From Chrysomallon squamiferum (Eukaryota; Animalia; Mollusca), in NCBI GenBank assembly GCA_012295275.1, contig CM022679.1:4030001-4094000 (forward strand): DNA of 64,000 bases, written 5' to 3'. Under the pieces are notes generated by a model. The model had not been told where the DNA came from. It saw only the letters and a list, made by a program, of their open reading frames with translations, and ran no database searches. A program made the position numbers and the translations under genes. Positions 16,118 through 31,104 of this stretch are shown piece after piece. The number at the start of each line of letters is the position of its first letter. The stretch's first letter is position 1.

Positions 16118-18574
16118 AATTAAATAAATAAATAAAAAAAATAAATAAATAAAAAAAAGACCTTCTGGAACCTTGTACCTCAAACAAAAGTGGTGACTTT
16201 CTTTATTTTGCATTGCGAATCAAAGATTAATGTGAAAGACCATTTGCCTCAAACCATCTGCTAAAACAGCCACTGAAATGTTGATGGATTTTGTTGACTT
16301 TAATATTGGTGTTGTTGATATCTTATAGTGTTTATTCTTTTAAATTAAAAGTTATTTAGCAGTTTCAATTTTTTCAATTTTTTTTTTTTTTTTATTATTT
16401 GTTTCTGTAAAAATGTTTTTATTCGGGGGAAGCAATCAGTCCGTCTTGCCTGGGGCGCAAAATATTCGAACACCGGTCCTGCCAACAACAGAATCATTAT
16501 CGTCAAAACTATTATTTTTTTATTGATTTTTCACTTTACAACCAACGTTGTTCCTGGTCATTTGTTTTGTTTGTTTATTTCGTATTTTTCTGATTCTGAT
16601 AGTTTGTTTGACAAATATAGTCAACCATCAATATTATTAATTAAGAAAATTAACGTAGAGTCGATTCGGGTGATTTCGTGCATTTTCCGATGGCTAATGG
16701 AGATCATGTTTTTTTTCTCACAGTTAAAAAAGCTGATGATGTCGTTTTGGTTTACACACATACTCTTCAGAACTGACTGATCTACTTCCTAATGGCATTG
16801 CCCCAGGGAAAAATGAAAATAACAAAGTATTAAGACTTTTTTTCTTAAAAAATTATATCCTTGAACTTCCTAGTCTCTTTTCGCAATTTCGGTTTACGGA
16901 AAAACCCGGAAGATGTAAAAGACACCACCTCGTCTCTGAACTTTATTTTAACTTTAAATCCTGCAAAGATAAAGTTGTGCAAATGCAGTAGGAAAAAAAA
17001 AAAAATAAAATAAAATAAATATTAATAAAATAAATTAATAAATGCTAAGATCCTAAGAATTGATAAAAAAATGTATGTATGTATGTATATATACACACAT
17101 ACATATATATATATAAATAAATAAATAGAATTAAAATATATAAAGTAAACAAACAAAACAAAGAAAAAGAAAACAACAACAATGAAAACAAACAAACTAA
17201 ATCAGCAAAAAAAAAAAAAAGCAACAACAAAAAAAACACGACCAAAATAACAACAGTAAAAAACAAAACAAAAAAACAAAAAAAAAAAAAAAAGAAGAAT
17301 AAATTCAACACAAAGCAAAACAAACAACAAAACCACAACAAACAAGAAAAAAAAAAAAAAAAAAAATTACACCAATACACATACTCATATTATACCTATG
17401 AACACCGACAAACCCACATCAGTGACTCATTACCATTAACATCTATTATCTGTCACAAGTTTTAAATATCGTCTTGTTTTAAGCACTTTTCCTGAAATTA
17501 TTAGAGCAAGGGAAGCAACTCCAGTTGTGTTTATTGGTACTAGAAAACATTGCCTCTCTCTCTTTCTGTCTTCACGCATTATTATTATTTACTTTTATAC
17601 ATTTTGATAATTGACAAATCCTAGAAAAGAAAATATAAAGTTTTATAGTAAAACAACTTTTGCGATATTAGTTTTATTTTATTAATTCGTTATTGTCATT
17701 ATACTCATTGCTGAAGAATCCCGAATTTTTACGTTTAACGCGAGCTTGACTGTAATTAACGAAATTAATGGACTCGCTTCAATAATTATAACAGGATGTG
17801 GGAGGAAATTATTAATAACCTCAGGCTTTGGCATTAAGATATAATTTAGAGATTTTGGGGTAACAGTTTTATTTTAAGATGAGGGAGTGGCTGGAAGTGT
17901 GTTTTGTGGGTGAGGACGTGATTTCGGACCGACCAGAAGAATGTTTTGAGGTTGCTACCACGGCCGAATATCATTCTTATAATAAAATAAAATAAAAATA
18001 AAATAAAATAAAATATAATAAAAATAAAATAAAATATAATAAAAATTCAACACGGTTATTTCCTTTTCTGGATTCTCCATTTTGACAGGGATCATTTGCT
18101 GCATTGTCTTACTTCCGTTTTTTTTTTGTTTTTTTTTTTGTTTTTTTTAAAGAAATGTCTAGTGCAGGAAGTTATTTTATCGTGTTAGTTTGTTCTAAAC
18201 TCGAAACCAAATATCAAAATTTTGAGTGACTGAGATGTACAAAACATCTAAGAAAAATCGATGAACCTTCATCGTCATCATTGCAATAGTTTGTTAGATG
18301 GACAGAAAATGAATTATTCATGAGCATGGAACAGCAAAACGCTGCAGGAAATAATAACACAGTACGTTTAAAGTAGGCACTTACACAGAAGTTCGAAAAT
18401 TCACAAACTCATCCACTTACTGAAAAACAATAAAGAAGAAAATATACAATAAATAAATAAATAAATAAATAGATGGATGGATTGACTGATAGACAGATAA
18501 ATAGACAGATCGATCGATAGATAAATAAACAATAAGAACAATCAATGATTACGATAATAAAACAACAACAACAA

Positions 18575-18616
<42 letters not shown>

Positions 18617-19834
18617 AGTTACTGTTACTGTTACTACTGTTATTACTACTAATAATCTAATAATAACAATAACAGTTACAAAAATAAAAGTAAGAATACA
18701 ATGCTGGTTTTTGTTTCTATTAGATCATTCGATATTAAATTTTCGTTTTGTAAACGAACACCGGCGAGGTGTATTTCTAGTAAAGTACTGAATTACCACG
18801 GACTATAATGAGTATTTACTCATCAAACAGATTGGATATCTGACGGGTTATTTGTGAAATCACGATCGCGTACAATCTAAATAATAATTACAAAAGTAAT
18901 ATGTTACTGCATTGACACCGAAAATCAACAGTCCTTTCATCGGTAATGCAGAGAGTGGGAGAGACTGAAATGAAAATCGAAAAAAAAAAAAAAAAAAAAA
19001 ATGGAAAAAAGAAAAAGAAAGAAATACTTATATAGGTATGATGCGATCGTGCGATGGATTAGTAATGTACAAATGTTCGTGTGTCGCAGCATCGATACTG
19101 TTAAGAGAAATAAAACCATTAGAATTTCAAAAAACAAATCAAAAGGGAAACACTTGTAGATAGCGGAACAATTTAGTGGATCAAGTAACAGGAAGCGCAG
19201 TTTTAACTGAAAGAACAAACACATCATTTAAAGGAAACAGTTAAAGGCTGGATTTAAGAAAAATAAATATACAGGAATATATAATTCTGGAATAATATAT
19301 CGGATAACGATTTTGTGTGGCAGCTTTATGCAGTAAACAGAGGAATTACCAAATTGAGCTGAGACAAAGAAAATGCATATAACGTATAACGAAATACAAG
19401 AAAAAGAAAAGAGAAAAACTGGTGCGACATCAAAATCATATTTTGGAGCAGTGAAGTGGTAAATATTCGATCAGAGCTTTTATCAGGCGAACGAAGAGAC
19501 TGTCAGTGTAACTGATACCTGGACGTGTACAAAATATAAAACCAATACAAGAACAATAAAATGGAAGCATTCCAATAAATCTGTAGTTCTAAGTGAAAAA
19601 TGAAAAATTCTTTGCTAGGATTTTGGTCAGGTTAACAAAGAAGCTATCAGTTTAAATGACAGAAATGCGTATGACGTTATAATAAAAAATACAGTGGATA
19701 TGCAGGTATGATATCAAAATAAATACTTGGATTAATAAATTTAAAGAAATTTTTGTTCTGCAGTTTTTGTAAGGTAAAGGAAGGAATTATCGATACGGCT
19801 AAAAAAGCCAACTGAAATAATAAAAATTATATTC

Positions 19835-19872
<38 letters not shown>

Positions 19873-20056
19873 AGATATAATTCCTTGATATGGCAAAACA
19901 TTTGTGATCAGTGAACTGGGAAAGATTTCTGAGTGTTTGTTTTTATCAGATAAATAAGGTGAATGATAAAAATAGCAAAGGAAGACAGAGAGAAATTCAG
20001 TTTAAAAACAGTATATAAAAATATATAAGAAACCGTCTGAAATTACAGACACCGCT

Positions 20057-21010
20057 ATGGACATCACTATTTCAGAAACGGATTTAACATCCGCTATGAC
20101 TAGCGAGACCACAAACAGTGGTTACAGGAGGGAGCTTGGTATCGGGTTCCGAATCTTAATGGTGGTCCTGGTTATTCAGTCCGTTATAACGTCTATTGGA
20201 AATTCATTAACCATTTTCGTGGTTTGGAAAGATCCCGATCTGAGGACGAGCGGCAACATGCACATAGCGTCCTTGGCGTGTGCCGATTTCATTGGTGGAA
20301 TTACAGGCTTGTTTGATATGATCTGGTTCGCGAGCGAAGACATAGATACATTCCTGAGCAACTGTAAATACTGTTGCCTTCTTTGGTACATACTGTTTTT
20401 CATCAGTTTTGGAACATCGCTCTTTAGCATGACATTAATAGCGCTGGATCGCTGGCTGTACATTGCCTACCCATTAAAATATTACATTTGGATAACGCTT
20501 TCGAAAACAGCAGTTATGATTGGCTTAGCTTGGACGGCAGCCATTTTGTTTGGATTACTTCCGCTGGAGTTTAACAACTTCGATAAACTAGGGCTGTGTA
20601 TGAATGCTATCATTTTGAAAGAATACTCAATGTTTGGCGTTGGAACGATACTTTTTGGAAGCTGCGGCATTTCTTTTTATTTTTATTTCAGAATATTCCT
20701 CATAGCCAGGAAGCAGCAGCGGACGATTCAGGCGCAGGCGGGGTATCTGGGTTACACGTCACACACGTACAGGGAAATCAAAATTCTCTTTCTCATCTGC
20801 TGCATAACGTTTACGTGCTGGATTCCGTTCTACGTGGATAACCTTCCCGGCCTTCCCGCCATCTCCTCCGAAGCTTCGAATTTTATCATTTCGCTCTCGC
20901 TTTTCAATTCGTGTGTCAATTTTTTCCTTTATTCAGCCAAAAATACGGCTTTTCGCAAATCATTTCTGAAATCATTTCCTTGCGTTAAAAAGATTTTCAG
21001 TAGAAGATAA
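20057..21010 (+). CDS. Intronless class A (rhodopsin-like) G-protein-coupled receptor, 317 aa, orphan
   Basis: Open 954-nt ORF with seven hydrophobic segments and family motifs: TM1 'IGNSLTI', 'DPDLRTSGNMHIASLACAD' (TM2 LAxxD), TM3 'LIALDRWLYIAYPLKY' (DRY-like), TM4 Trp, TM6 'CWIPF', TM7 'NSCVNFFLY' and a basic helix 8 'FRKSF'. AATAAA follows at 21017-21022. The ligand or subfamily cannot be assigned by eye. Confidence 0.93.
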   Translation: MDITISETDLTSAMTSETTNSGYRRELGIGFRILMVVLVIQSVITSIGNSLTIFVVWKDPDLRTSGNMHIASLACADFIGGITGLFDMIWFASEDIDTFLSNCKYCCLLWYILFFISFGTSLFSMTLIALDRWLYIAYPLKYYIWITLSKTAVMIGLAWTAAILFGLLPLEFNNFDKLGLCMNAIILKEYSMFGVGTILFGSCGISFYFYFRIFLIARKQQRTIQAQAGYLGYTSHTYREIKILFLICCITFTCWIPFYVDNLPGLPAISSEASNFIISLSLFNSCVNFFLYSAKNTAFRKSFLKSFPCVKKIFSRR

Positions 21011-22855
21011 GTAAAGAATAAACATTTCACGGTTAAACTTCTTACATAAAATATATAGGTATAAAAATCAAAAAATTAAAAAAATTATTAGTATTAAAAA
21101 ATTAAGAAAATTATTAGTATTAAAGATGATAAAGGACTAAGTAATGCATCAAAAATAAAATAAATAAATAAGGAAGTAAATAAATAAATAAATAATTAAA
21201 AAAGAAATAATAATAAATTAAAAAAAATAATAATATTTTTTTTAAATTAAAAATTATTTATTTTATCATCTTATCATTTTCCTCTCTTTATATAAAAATT
21301 TGATAAACAGCTTATTTTTGTACTTTATTCAGTATTAAATTACGAGATACAGTAAAGTTAATTAATAGAATATTTTTCTAAAACAAGAAACTAAACTCGT
21401 AAAAGATCAGTGTCATATTCACCATTTGTTACATTTTAACATTTACATGATAATTATAATGTGCATTGAAATTTTTGTATGATATTGTTAAAAAGAAGCC
21501 AATAAATACTTTGTAGATTTGGCCATAATCAATGAACTGTAATTTTATAAATAAAATTATTAATATGTGATAATTCAACTCCTGCGTCATATTTCTGTTG
21601 TTTTACTTTTTGTCTTAACTCATCTTTGTATGATAAAAAAGAAGGAACAACAAGAAGAAGAAAGTGCATTAATTTCCACAACAAATTACTTTTAAAATAA
21701 AATTTTAAAAAAATTTGTTATTTACGAGCTAAGCTTTTTATTAGCATGTATAATTAAACGCAACTGTTTCAAAATTCAACTTCTACTTGTTGCTGGTACT
21801 GTTACTACGATTACGACTACTACTACTACTATAACAGCTACTATTACTAAATTAGTGGACTTTATCCTGTTCATTAATGTTCCGAATGGTAAAGTATTTG
21901 AAAGAACTCAGAGGAGGTATAGAATTAACAAAAGAGTCAGAAAGTGCTGTGTTTGTTGCGGTCTCTACGGAATGAAGAATCGAACCATTGCAGACATTTG
22001 TGAAATAAAAAGACAGAAGTGGAGACAGTTTTCATTGAAACACAAATGATGAAAATGATGAAGTGATTTCTTGACCCGCACTTTTGTGATATTGCACGTG
22101 TATGTATAACGCCAAAATACCACGCGAGTAATGCTATCACTACTGCAAAAACAAAAACCCATAAATATTATTTTAGTATCTAATGTCTGTAAAGGTGAGT
22201 TTATTAAATATTTCATATTATAGTTTTAATTTTCAAATTAATAACAGTATAATATTATGATGTTATCATTTTAAAAGATTTATGATTTAACTGATTTTCG
22301 GGTTAGTATATAAAACTGAGGGCCTACTTTATTATAATTCATGAAATCTGTTACAAAAATAAAATAAAAATGTTAGTTTAATTCTTTCATATATCAGATA
22401 TTGTACGGTTATATGAATGTTTAATATCTCAGTTTGTATTTATTTGGACAGTTATATATGTTTGAAATTATATAACAGAAACTCACCTTAATCCACTACA
22501 AGGGCAACTGTTTTAACAGAATCAACAAGTTTTATATTTACCCCTTCAAAATGAACAAACAGACACATGAAAGTGTTTAGAATATGGAATACTATACCTG
22601 GCTGGAACGGGAATTGTACCAAGTGAATAACAGTGAGATAGAATTAACTTTTAAGTGGATCTGGTTGGTAAAATACCACGCCAATTTTGATCAGTAATTT
22701 CAAATTTTTGACGATTTCGGAAAGGTAAAATTTCGTATTTATTCGTTTGTGTATGAAAATCTTAATCGGTGAGGTTACAATCTTTGAATTGACACGGAAT
22801 AAACCATTTTTTAATCTCAAAAAATCGCAGAAAGAAACGCAAATAAAACAAAACG

Positions 22856-22920
<65 letters not shown>

Positions 22921-23751
22921 CGCCAGAAATTTAAAAAAAAAAAGAGTTAATAATAATAACAAAAAACTCTAACAACTACTAGTAATAAAAACCAAGATCA
23001 AATGAAAACAAAACAACAGCAATAACGAAAATTAAACTTTGATACATTCTTTCGTTTCGATTTTTCATATTTATAATAATTATTCTTCAGTGACTAATCA
23101 TTCGCCCACAAACACGACTGCTTTTAAATACCTCAGTCTTTTTTTAGTTATTTCTTTTTCTTTTTCCTTTTTGGACATAAACAAACTGAAAACTGAAGCC
23201 TACCTTTGAAGGAAGAAATGTATAAAAAAAAAAAAAAAAGGATTTACACCAAAACCTGTTTCTACTCCTTCGACTAAAGATAACAAACTTACATCACAAA
23301 AATAAAAGGAACAGGATAGCCTGTTTACAAAACACTTAGTCAAAATGGAAGCAAAACCAGACATTTTGCTAGATATGACCACCATTAATGGATACACATT
23401 GTTCAAATATTTATTAATTGGGAATGAATGTTTAACTAAATGGATTTCATGTCACTTAGAGTGTAAAGTAAAAACAGTTTTGTCATCACAAAGATTGGAT
23501 GTTTTAAGTGCTTCTCAAATATCCTAAAACTCTAAATCACTGATACTTGTTTCTGTTTTTGTGTCATTTCACTAATGGAAAATAACTGTTTTGTGTGTTA
23601 TTGAAAGAGAAATAAAAATAATAATACTAAATTAAACACGTAAATAAGACACAAACAATTTTTAAAGAAAACAACAAAAAATAAAAATAAAATAAATAAA
23701 AATAAAAATAAAAAATAAATAATAATAATAATGATAAAATCATAAGAAAAA

Positions 23752-23812
<61 letters not shown>

Positions 23813-24775
23813 TAGTAATTAAAGAAAAAAAAAAAAAAAAAAATCAATAATAGTAATTGAAAGAAAACAACAAAAAAAATAAATAAACAACAAATAAAGA
23901 AGAAAATAATTTATTTTTGGCCAACTAATCAAACTTAATTAGATCTACATGCTGAAATTATTTAAAATAAAACATGTTAACACACTTCATTCAGTCAACT
24001 GTTTTCTGTGACTGTGTAATCATATTTATTATGTATGTTAAATGTATGTGGAAGACATTGTTATTTCACAATCTGAATATATTTTTAATGAGCAGTTTTG
24101 TTCATGATGTGTGTAGTTAAGAACCATACAAATAATGTGAGATGAAACCTGTACTAGTCAGGAAAGACAGCTCATGCTAATGAATCAGTTGAAGGGCCTT
24201 GCCGAGGATTGGAAACAGATAAGTTAACACATTGAGAAGAATTGATTCTACAGCCTTTAACACCTAAAGCTTGTACTCCAACCACTGTTATAGGGTAATG
24301 AATGCAACAGAACCAATGTGATAAAAAGATGAAGACGCACACACACAAACACGTAGATAAACAGATATATGGACAAAAAAAAAAGAAGAAAAAAAACAAC
24401 ACCTCACAACTTGAAACACGTTTTTCATTTTTATTTACAGTCTCTTTAACAGATTGTGAAAAATTTACATACGTTAAGATATAAGTTACTAAAACTGTAC
24501 AAAAATAAATATAATATTCTAAGTGGACGGATGGTACAGATAAAATACACCAACATATGACAACAGTTCAAAATACAATCATTCCAATAATGTGTTGAAA
24601 ATCTTATTTTAATTTTTTAAATTATATCTGTAGTGATCAACAAAACAGTTTTATTTGAGATACAAACATTCTAATAATGTGTTCAAGAAGTAAAAAAATA
24701 AAAAAAAATTCTTACATTACTATACTTTTTGGTAATAACAAAGACATAAAGTTGAACAGTAAATTATTATCAGTA

Positions 24776-24806
<31 letters not shown>

Positions 24807-25843
24807 TGTAGTTATGTATATATTATGACAATATGTCTGTTTAAGTACACTACAAATGATAATTTATGACAGTTTGCTCTATTTTTTATTCTTGTGTGTT
24901 TGGTATTTTGTATTTTGTTATTTAGTTTTGGAAAACAAGTAAGAAGTATTATTTACTGTTTTCTGTCATAACCATAAACATATCTGATAATGAAGAAATT
25001 TTATAATAAATATATAAAAAAACCACTAAATAATTTTAATCACATAACAGTATTTTAAAAATAATTTATTAATGTACTTAACTATAATTTCAGGACATTC
25101 TGGCTTGAATTTAAAATACAGATATAATATCTTTAACCATACAAGTAATATATAAAATAGTAAGAATTAATAAAGTTGGTGGATTTTGATTTGTACATAC
25201 ATTTGATTCTTAGTAATTATTTTTTGTTCACTTTTTAAAGACTAAACTAAAGTAGTGAAGATTGATGTTTGACTTAGAAACATTAAAGTTTAACATTAAA
25301 AAGAAAACGTACATCTAGGTTTGAGTTTTTGAATGTTGATTAACAAAGAATGTAATGAAGAACTAAAAATCAAAACTCAAAATTAAATATAACAAAAATA
25401 AAAGAAGACCTCCCATGAAAAAAAAAAAAAAAAAAAAAAAATTCCCCCAAAAAACAAATGCTCAAAACTTTAGATATTAAATACAGACATATGTATGTTA
25501 AAGAAATATAAAGAAAGTACAGTCTCAAACCAGGCAGCTACTTAATACAGGCCAGTTAACAATACATTGGATAATGTGATCTCTTAATAAAAATAGCTGT
25601 TTAATGCAGGCATGTGCTTGAGAAAGTGTCTGATGTAGAAATATACACTGTCATGACATACGAGTTCATTTACATTTGGAATGTTGACGAATAGGTTTTG
25701 TTGTTATCTTCTTTTTTTTAATCCTTTTTTAAATTTCTTGTATGTAATTTTCTATTCTAAAAAAAAAATTTGTATTAACTTTAGAGTAGAAATGGTTCAA
25801 GGCATTTCCACTGGACAGTTTTACTATACTGAATTTTCTGTTT

Positions 25844-28834
25844 TCAAGGCACAGGCACAAGGTTTTCTTTAGCCCACTTCTTCATGGTGCGGATGATGTA
25901 CTCAACCTGGGGGTTGCTGGTGTTTCTCAACATGTTGATTACCTCTCTCAGGTACTCCCTGAAACAAACAAAAAAAAAACTTATTACAACTCATGTTGTT
26001 CCTTGTCATTATCAATATTCTTATTTTTGTTATATTTATTTAATTTCATACCATTAAATTTTGTGTATTTAACAAAGTAATTAAGCAGTGAATTCCAATT
26101 TTATTGAAAAAATATTTAAGGCAAAAATTAATTCTTTTAATTACATGCTATATACTGTTTTGGATTTTTTTTTTTTTTAGGTAACAAAATTTGGAAATAT
26201 ATTTTATTATTACATTATTTTAGTAATAGACTGATTTTGCTATTACTGTTTTAATGAAACACTATTCTTATTACTATTATAATTAATATTACTAAAATTC
26301 TGGTAACATATCTGGAACTGAAAGAGTTTTCTAATTTGACTGCTGGTATAAAAAATTGAAACTTGATTTACTTCAGACTGCTAGGAACATATAAAGATAT
26401 GTTATTTAGTTCAGACCTTTGTTCCTGGCCGGCAATAATAAGCTGGAAAACACCCACACACGCCCCACGTTTCCCCTCCCAGTATTCAGGGTTGGGGTCC
26501 AGACGCTCCAGAACATCAAAGGCTTTGGCAGCATAATAAAACTGTCCCATCTAAATATACAAAAATATTTTATATACAACATAATAAAACTGTCCCATCT
26601 AAATATACAAAAATAATTTTATATACAGCATAATAAAACTGTCCCATCTAAATAGATACAAAAATATTTTATATACAACATAATAAAACTGTCCCATCTA
26701 AATATATATAAAAATAAATATAAAAACAACTTTATACACAGCATAATAAAACTGTTCCATCTAAAATATATACAAAAATAATCTGATATACAGCATAACA
26801 GAATTATCCCATCTAAAATATATAAAAATAATTTTAAATACAACATAATAGAAATTTCCTACTAAAATATATTTAAAAATAATTTTATAAATACCATATT
26901 AAACATCATAACAGAACTGTCCCAAAGGAAATAGATTTTAAAGTAATTTAACAGAATATTGATGAAACAAGACTTAAATAAAATGTATTAAAACCATAAT
27001 TGAAAGAGAGAATTAATGAATTATTTGAATGTATTAATATATTTTTGATATAAATTCAATTAAAAAAAAAAAAAAAAAAAAAAAATGCAAAGAGATAATA
27101 AGTAATAAATAAAAAGTAAAACCAGAGCCAGGTATAGATTTTTTTAAACCTAGTGTTTAGTATTTTCTACCTTGTAGCAGTCATTAGCTATGAGCTGTAA
27201 CAGACTGAATGACTCAGCTGAAGTTTCCATCTTCAAGTACAGTTCCCAGGCCAGACGTGATTTTCTGTTCATGATGTCTGAAAATATTTATAAACATAAA
27301 ACTTTGTAAAAACTTTAAAACTATGTTGACTCTGACACTACCAAATTATTATTTCTATAGGCATAAATGTGCACACACATATACACACACAGAAAAAAAA
27401 AAAAAAAAAAAAATAATAATAAAAAAAAAAAAAAAAAAAAAAAGACAAATAAATAAAACACATATTAATTACAAATCTAAAAAAAAAAAAAAAAAACCTC
27501 AAACATTTAATGATATTAAAACACTCACAACTTTTAATGTATTAATTTATATTAACATATATACAGACAACACATCAACAGAACTGAAAACAGTTTCCTA
27601 AATTATGACAAATATAATATAACCAATATTCCATATAGGAATATACAATAAAACCCAAAGATAGGAATACATACTGACAGATACGTACACATATGCACAC
27701 ACACATAATAATAGTAAATCAATATAAAAAATCCTAAACCTAGCTGAAAATCTATTTCATAATTACAGTTTTTTTTAAAAATAACTATTGTTAGGAAATT
27801 ATTGTAAAGCTAATCATTTATCATATTCCTACTAAAATTTTTTGATTTTTATAAAAAAAAGATAAGAAATTAATCCAAGCTGTCAATAAATTTATATCTA
27901 TGAGTCATGTGAATATTTTATGCCACTCAGCAGGAATGTTATTAAAGGAACTGTATTAGGTTGCATGTTTTTGTTACAGTGTAATTTTAAACTGGTTAAT
28001 TATTAGCAGTGTGAACTGTTAGTGTACTTACAACATCGAGCCAGCCAGCTGAGAAAAGTGTAGTCTGACTTAATCTTGTCACTCTGAACCAGCAGGGCAA
28101 CCTGGGAAAACATTTCAAACATTTTTATCTAACATCAGTCTTACTCTTTGTCTGTCTGTGTATCTTTCTGTCACTTCCATTCAGTGATTCATTCTAACCA
28201 TTTCTGTTACTACTTCTTTATTCCTTTCTCTTCATTTTTCATTTTCTTACTTATTTTTTCAAATTATCAATTTGTGATCTGTTATTCTCAGTATACTAGA
28301 TGGAACAAACTTTATTATGGATTGTGTAGTACTGAATATCAATTTATTAAAATAGCACAAATATGCTCAGTCTTATATGACTTAGTACCATTGCCTATGT
28401 TATCATGATTTGTGTATTTCACATCTAAATGGAAAACTTTAAACAGCAAAAGAAATATATGTGTTATAGGCAAAAATAAATGTCTTACATGGTTCATTTT
28501 TTAATTTAATTTAACGTTGTCCAGATAATGATAATAAATACACAACATATTTATCAGTCCTATAATCTCTTTTATCCTCTCATCTACAACTTCATTAACA
28601 AACAGCTTTATTCATTCATCCTTCTACCCATTAACAGTTTATAAAAAACAAACACATACCTCCTCAGCTTCTTTGAAGTTACCCACAGCTGCTTTGGCTT
28701 GCATGTAGTTGAAATTAAACAGATCATCATTGTAGAAGTAACTCTGAAATTCATTAAACTCAAATTACTCTTTTTTTATTTTACAAGATTTACAAATAAT
28801 TGTTGAAGTCAATACACAAAAAACACAAAAAGGA

Positions 28835-28875
<41 letters not shown>

Positions 28876-31052
28876 CACACACTATTATCTAATCCATTAA
28901 CCTTTATAGAGTTGAGATAAATGAGGACATCTTCAAACTGTTTCAACAGAAAGAAACATGATGACATACACTGTCTTCCAGGAATTGTGTCTGGAAGATA
29001 AAGAAAATATAACAATACTAATGATAAAACATTTAATAACACCAACAAAACAACAATGGCAACAATGATAATAATAATAACAGTATAAAAAAAACCTTAA
29101 TATTACTAATAACAAAATCCAATCTGAGTTGTTTGCATAAACTTCCTATGGTTAATTAATATTACTTCATATATATGCAGTCTAAATAAATATCCCTATA
29201 ATCTGATACATATTTTGTACACTTCCAAGTTAATCTGTTTTATTCTTTGTTCAGGCCAATGTTTATCTAGATAAAATCAATAAACTGCAACAATGTCTAT
29301 CAGGTTTTTAATCTTTGTGCCAGCATGAGAAAACAAGAATATGAGGAAAATTATAATCATTAATGAATACTTGAAGAAAAGTAGGTAAATACTGTTCTTA
29401 AAAGGTATAGAATTATTCTTTTAGGATTTAAATTAAAACAGACAATTCTCATTTTTTTATAATCAGATGCTACATAATAACCAAATAACTCCCATGAAAA
29501 TTACATACTGTTACATAACCCTCTGCCAAAACCAATCACACTGATAACAAAAAATAATAAAAATAAGACAATTTTTTGTGTACTATCATACCAAGAATTA
29601 AAAACCAAATGAAATTATCAATACCTCTGATGAACTGATCAATTTAACTGTGACACAATTTGAAAACAAAAATACAATATTCTGTGCAAACTCATAAATA
29701 AATTTATGACAAAAACATTTTATTAAATGTAGATAACTGTGGCATAAAAATAAAAGAAAGAAACACACTTAAAAAAAAAAAAAAAAATAAAAAAAACTTA
29801 CCACATTCACTGGCTGATCCACCAACAAGTTGAAAGTACTGCTGAGCAATTTTCAAATGTTCTCTCTGAAAAAGAAAAAATGTTAAGAGTTATTACTTAA
29901 TAAACTGTGTATACAAAATATTTAAATTATCATTCACATATGTCAATTATTATTAAAAGTATTCCAAAGTCACATTCACATTACTGATTATTAACCATCA
30001 TTGTAACAATCAAAATATGGAAATTCCCTTTAAAATCACCTCTCATATATTTAAAAATAAAAACATTCCTCAGATAGTTATATTTCATTTAACTCCATTT
30101 TTGTCTAAATTCCATAAACTTGAAACTGTTTGTCAGATTCTGTCTTATGTTTAAACTTACTGAGCCTTGCTCCTGGCCTATGGCAGCATTAACCACACCC
30201 TTCAGAATGTACTCTTGTGGAGTAGTTGGCTCCAGGTCCTTTATTAAGTTGTATGCCTCTGATACATCATCTAGGTAAAAAATATGTTATATAAAATATC
30301 AATCCATGAATTATAAAATATAAAACAAAATTTAATAAATTAGTGATGTAAGTACAAAAAGATATAAAATAACCGTATCCAAAATTTGTAAAGTGTCTAG
30401 ATGAATGCATACTTTTAGTTATAGGGTCCACAGTGCAAAGTGTAAAAGACTCTCATAAAATATAGCTATGAGAATATTTATTAATATCAATAAGTCATAA
30501 ATTGACACATACCTTTACTTCAGTTCAAGCAATTTAAATAGTATTTCACAATCTTATTCTGATGATAACATATCTCTTATATTATTATAATGATAATTAT
30601 TATAAAATGCAGAAAAAAATTAATTACAAAAACTAGTGTGACTAATCAATTTGATAACTGAGAAATGTTCAATGTAAAAGTATCAATTCATTCATTGTTT
30701 TTCAGTCTCTGTTCTTATTTTCTATCTGTCTTTTCTGCCTTCTCTTTTTTTTGATTATTAAAATGTTTCAGCTCTATCTACTGTTTGCTTGATTCACAGA
30801 TTTCTCACATTCACTTCCTACTTACCTTGTTTCAGATAGTATATAACAAGATTTAGACGAGCTTCTGGTATAACATCTATCAGTGGTGGGAGAACCTGGA
30901 GAGCTCCTTCTCCCCCTCGGAACACAACCTGTTATCACAATAACAATAACAATAATAATAGTAATAATAATAACAATAATAATAATCATAACAATAACAT
31001 AACAAAAATAACAATAATAATAATAATAGTAATAATAATAATAATAATAGTA

Positions 31053-31104
<52 letters not shown>

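Noticed and set aside
20176-20841. Antisense and alternate-frame ORFs overlapping the GPCR
   Set aside because: Shadow ORFs of a real coding region.
26529-26925. CRISPR-like appearance (conserved 22-nt motif with variable AT-rich spacers)
   Set aside because: The spacers are homologous to one another, the motif is the IFT56 exon start, the context is a eukaryotic intron, and there are no cas genes.
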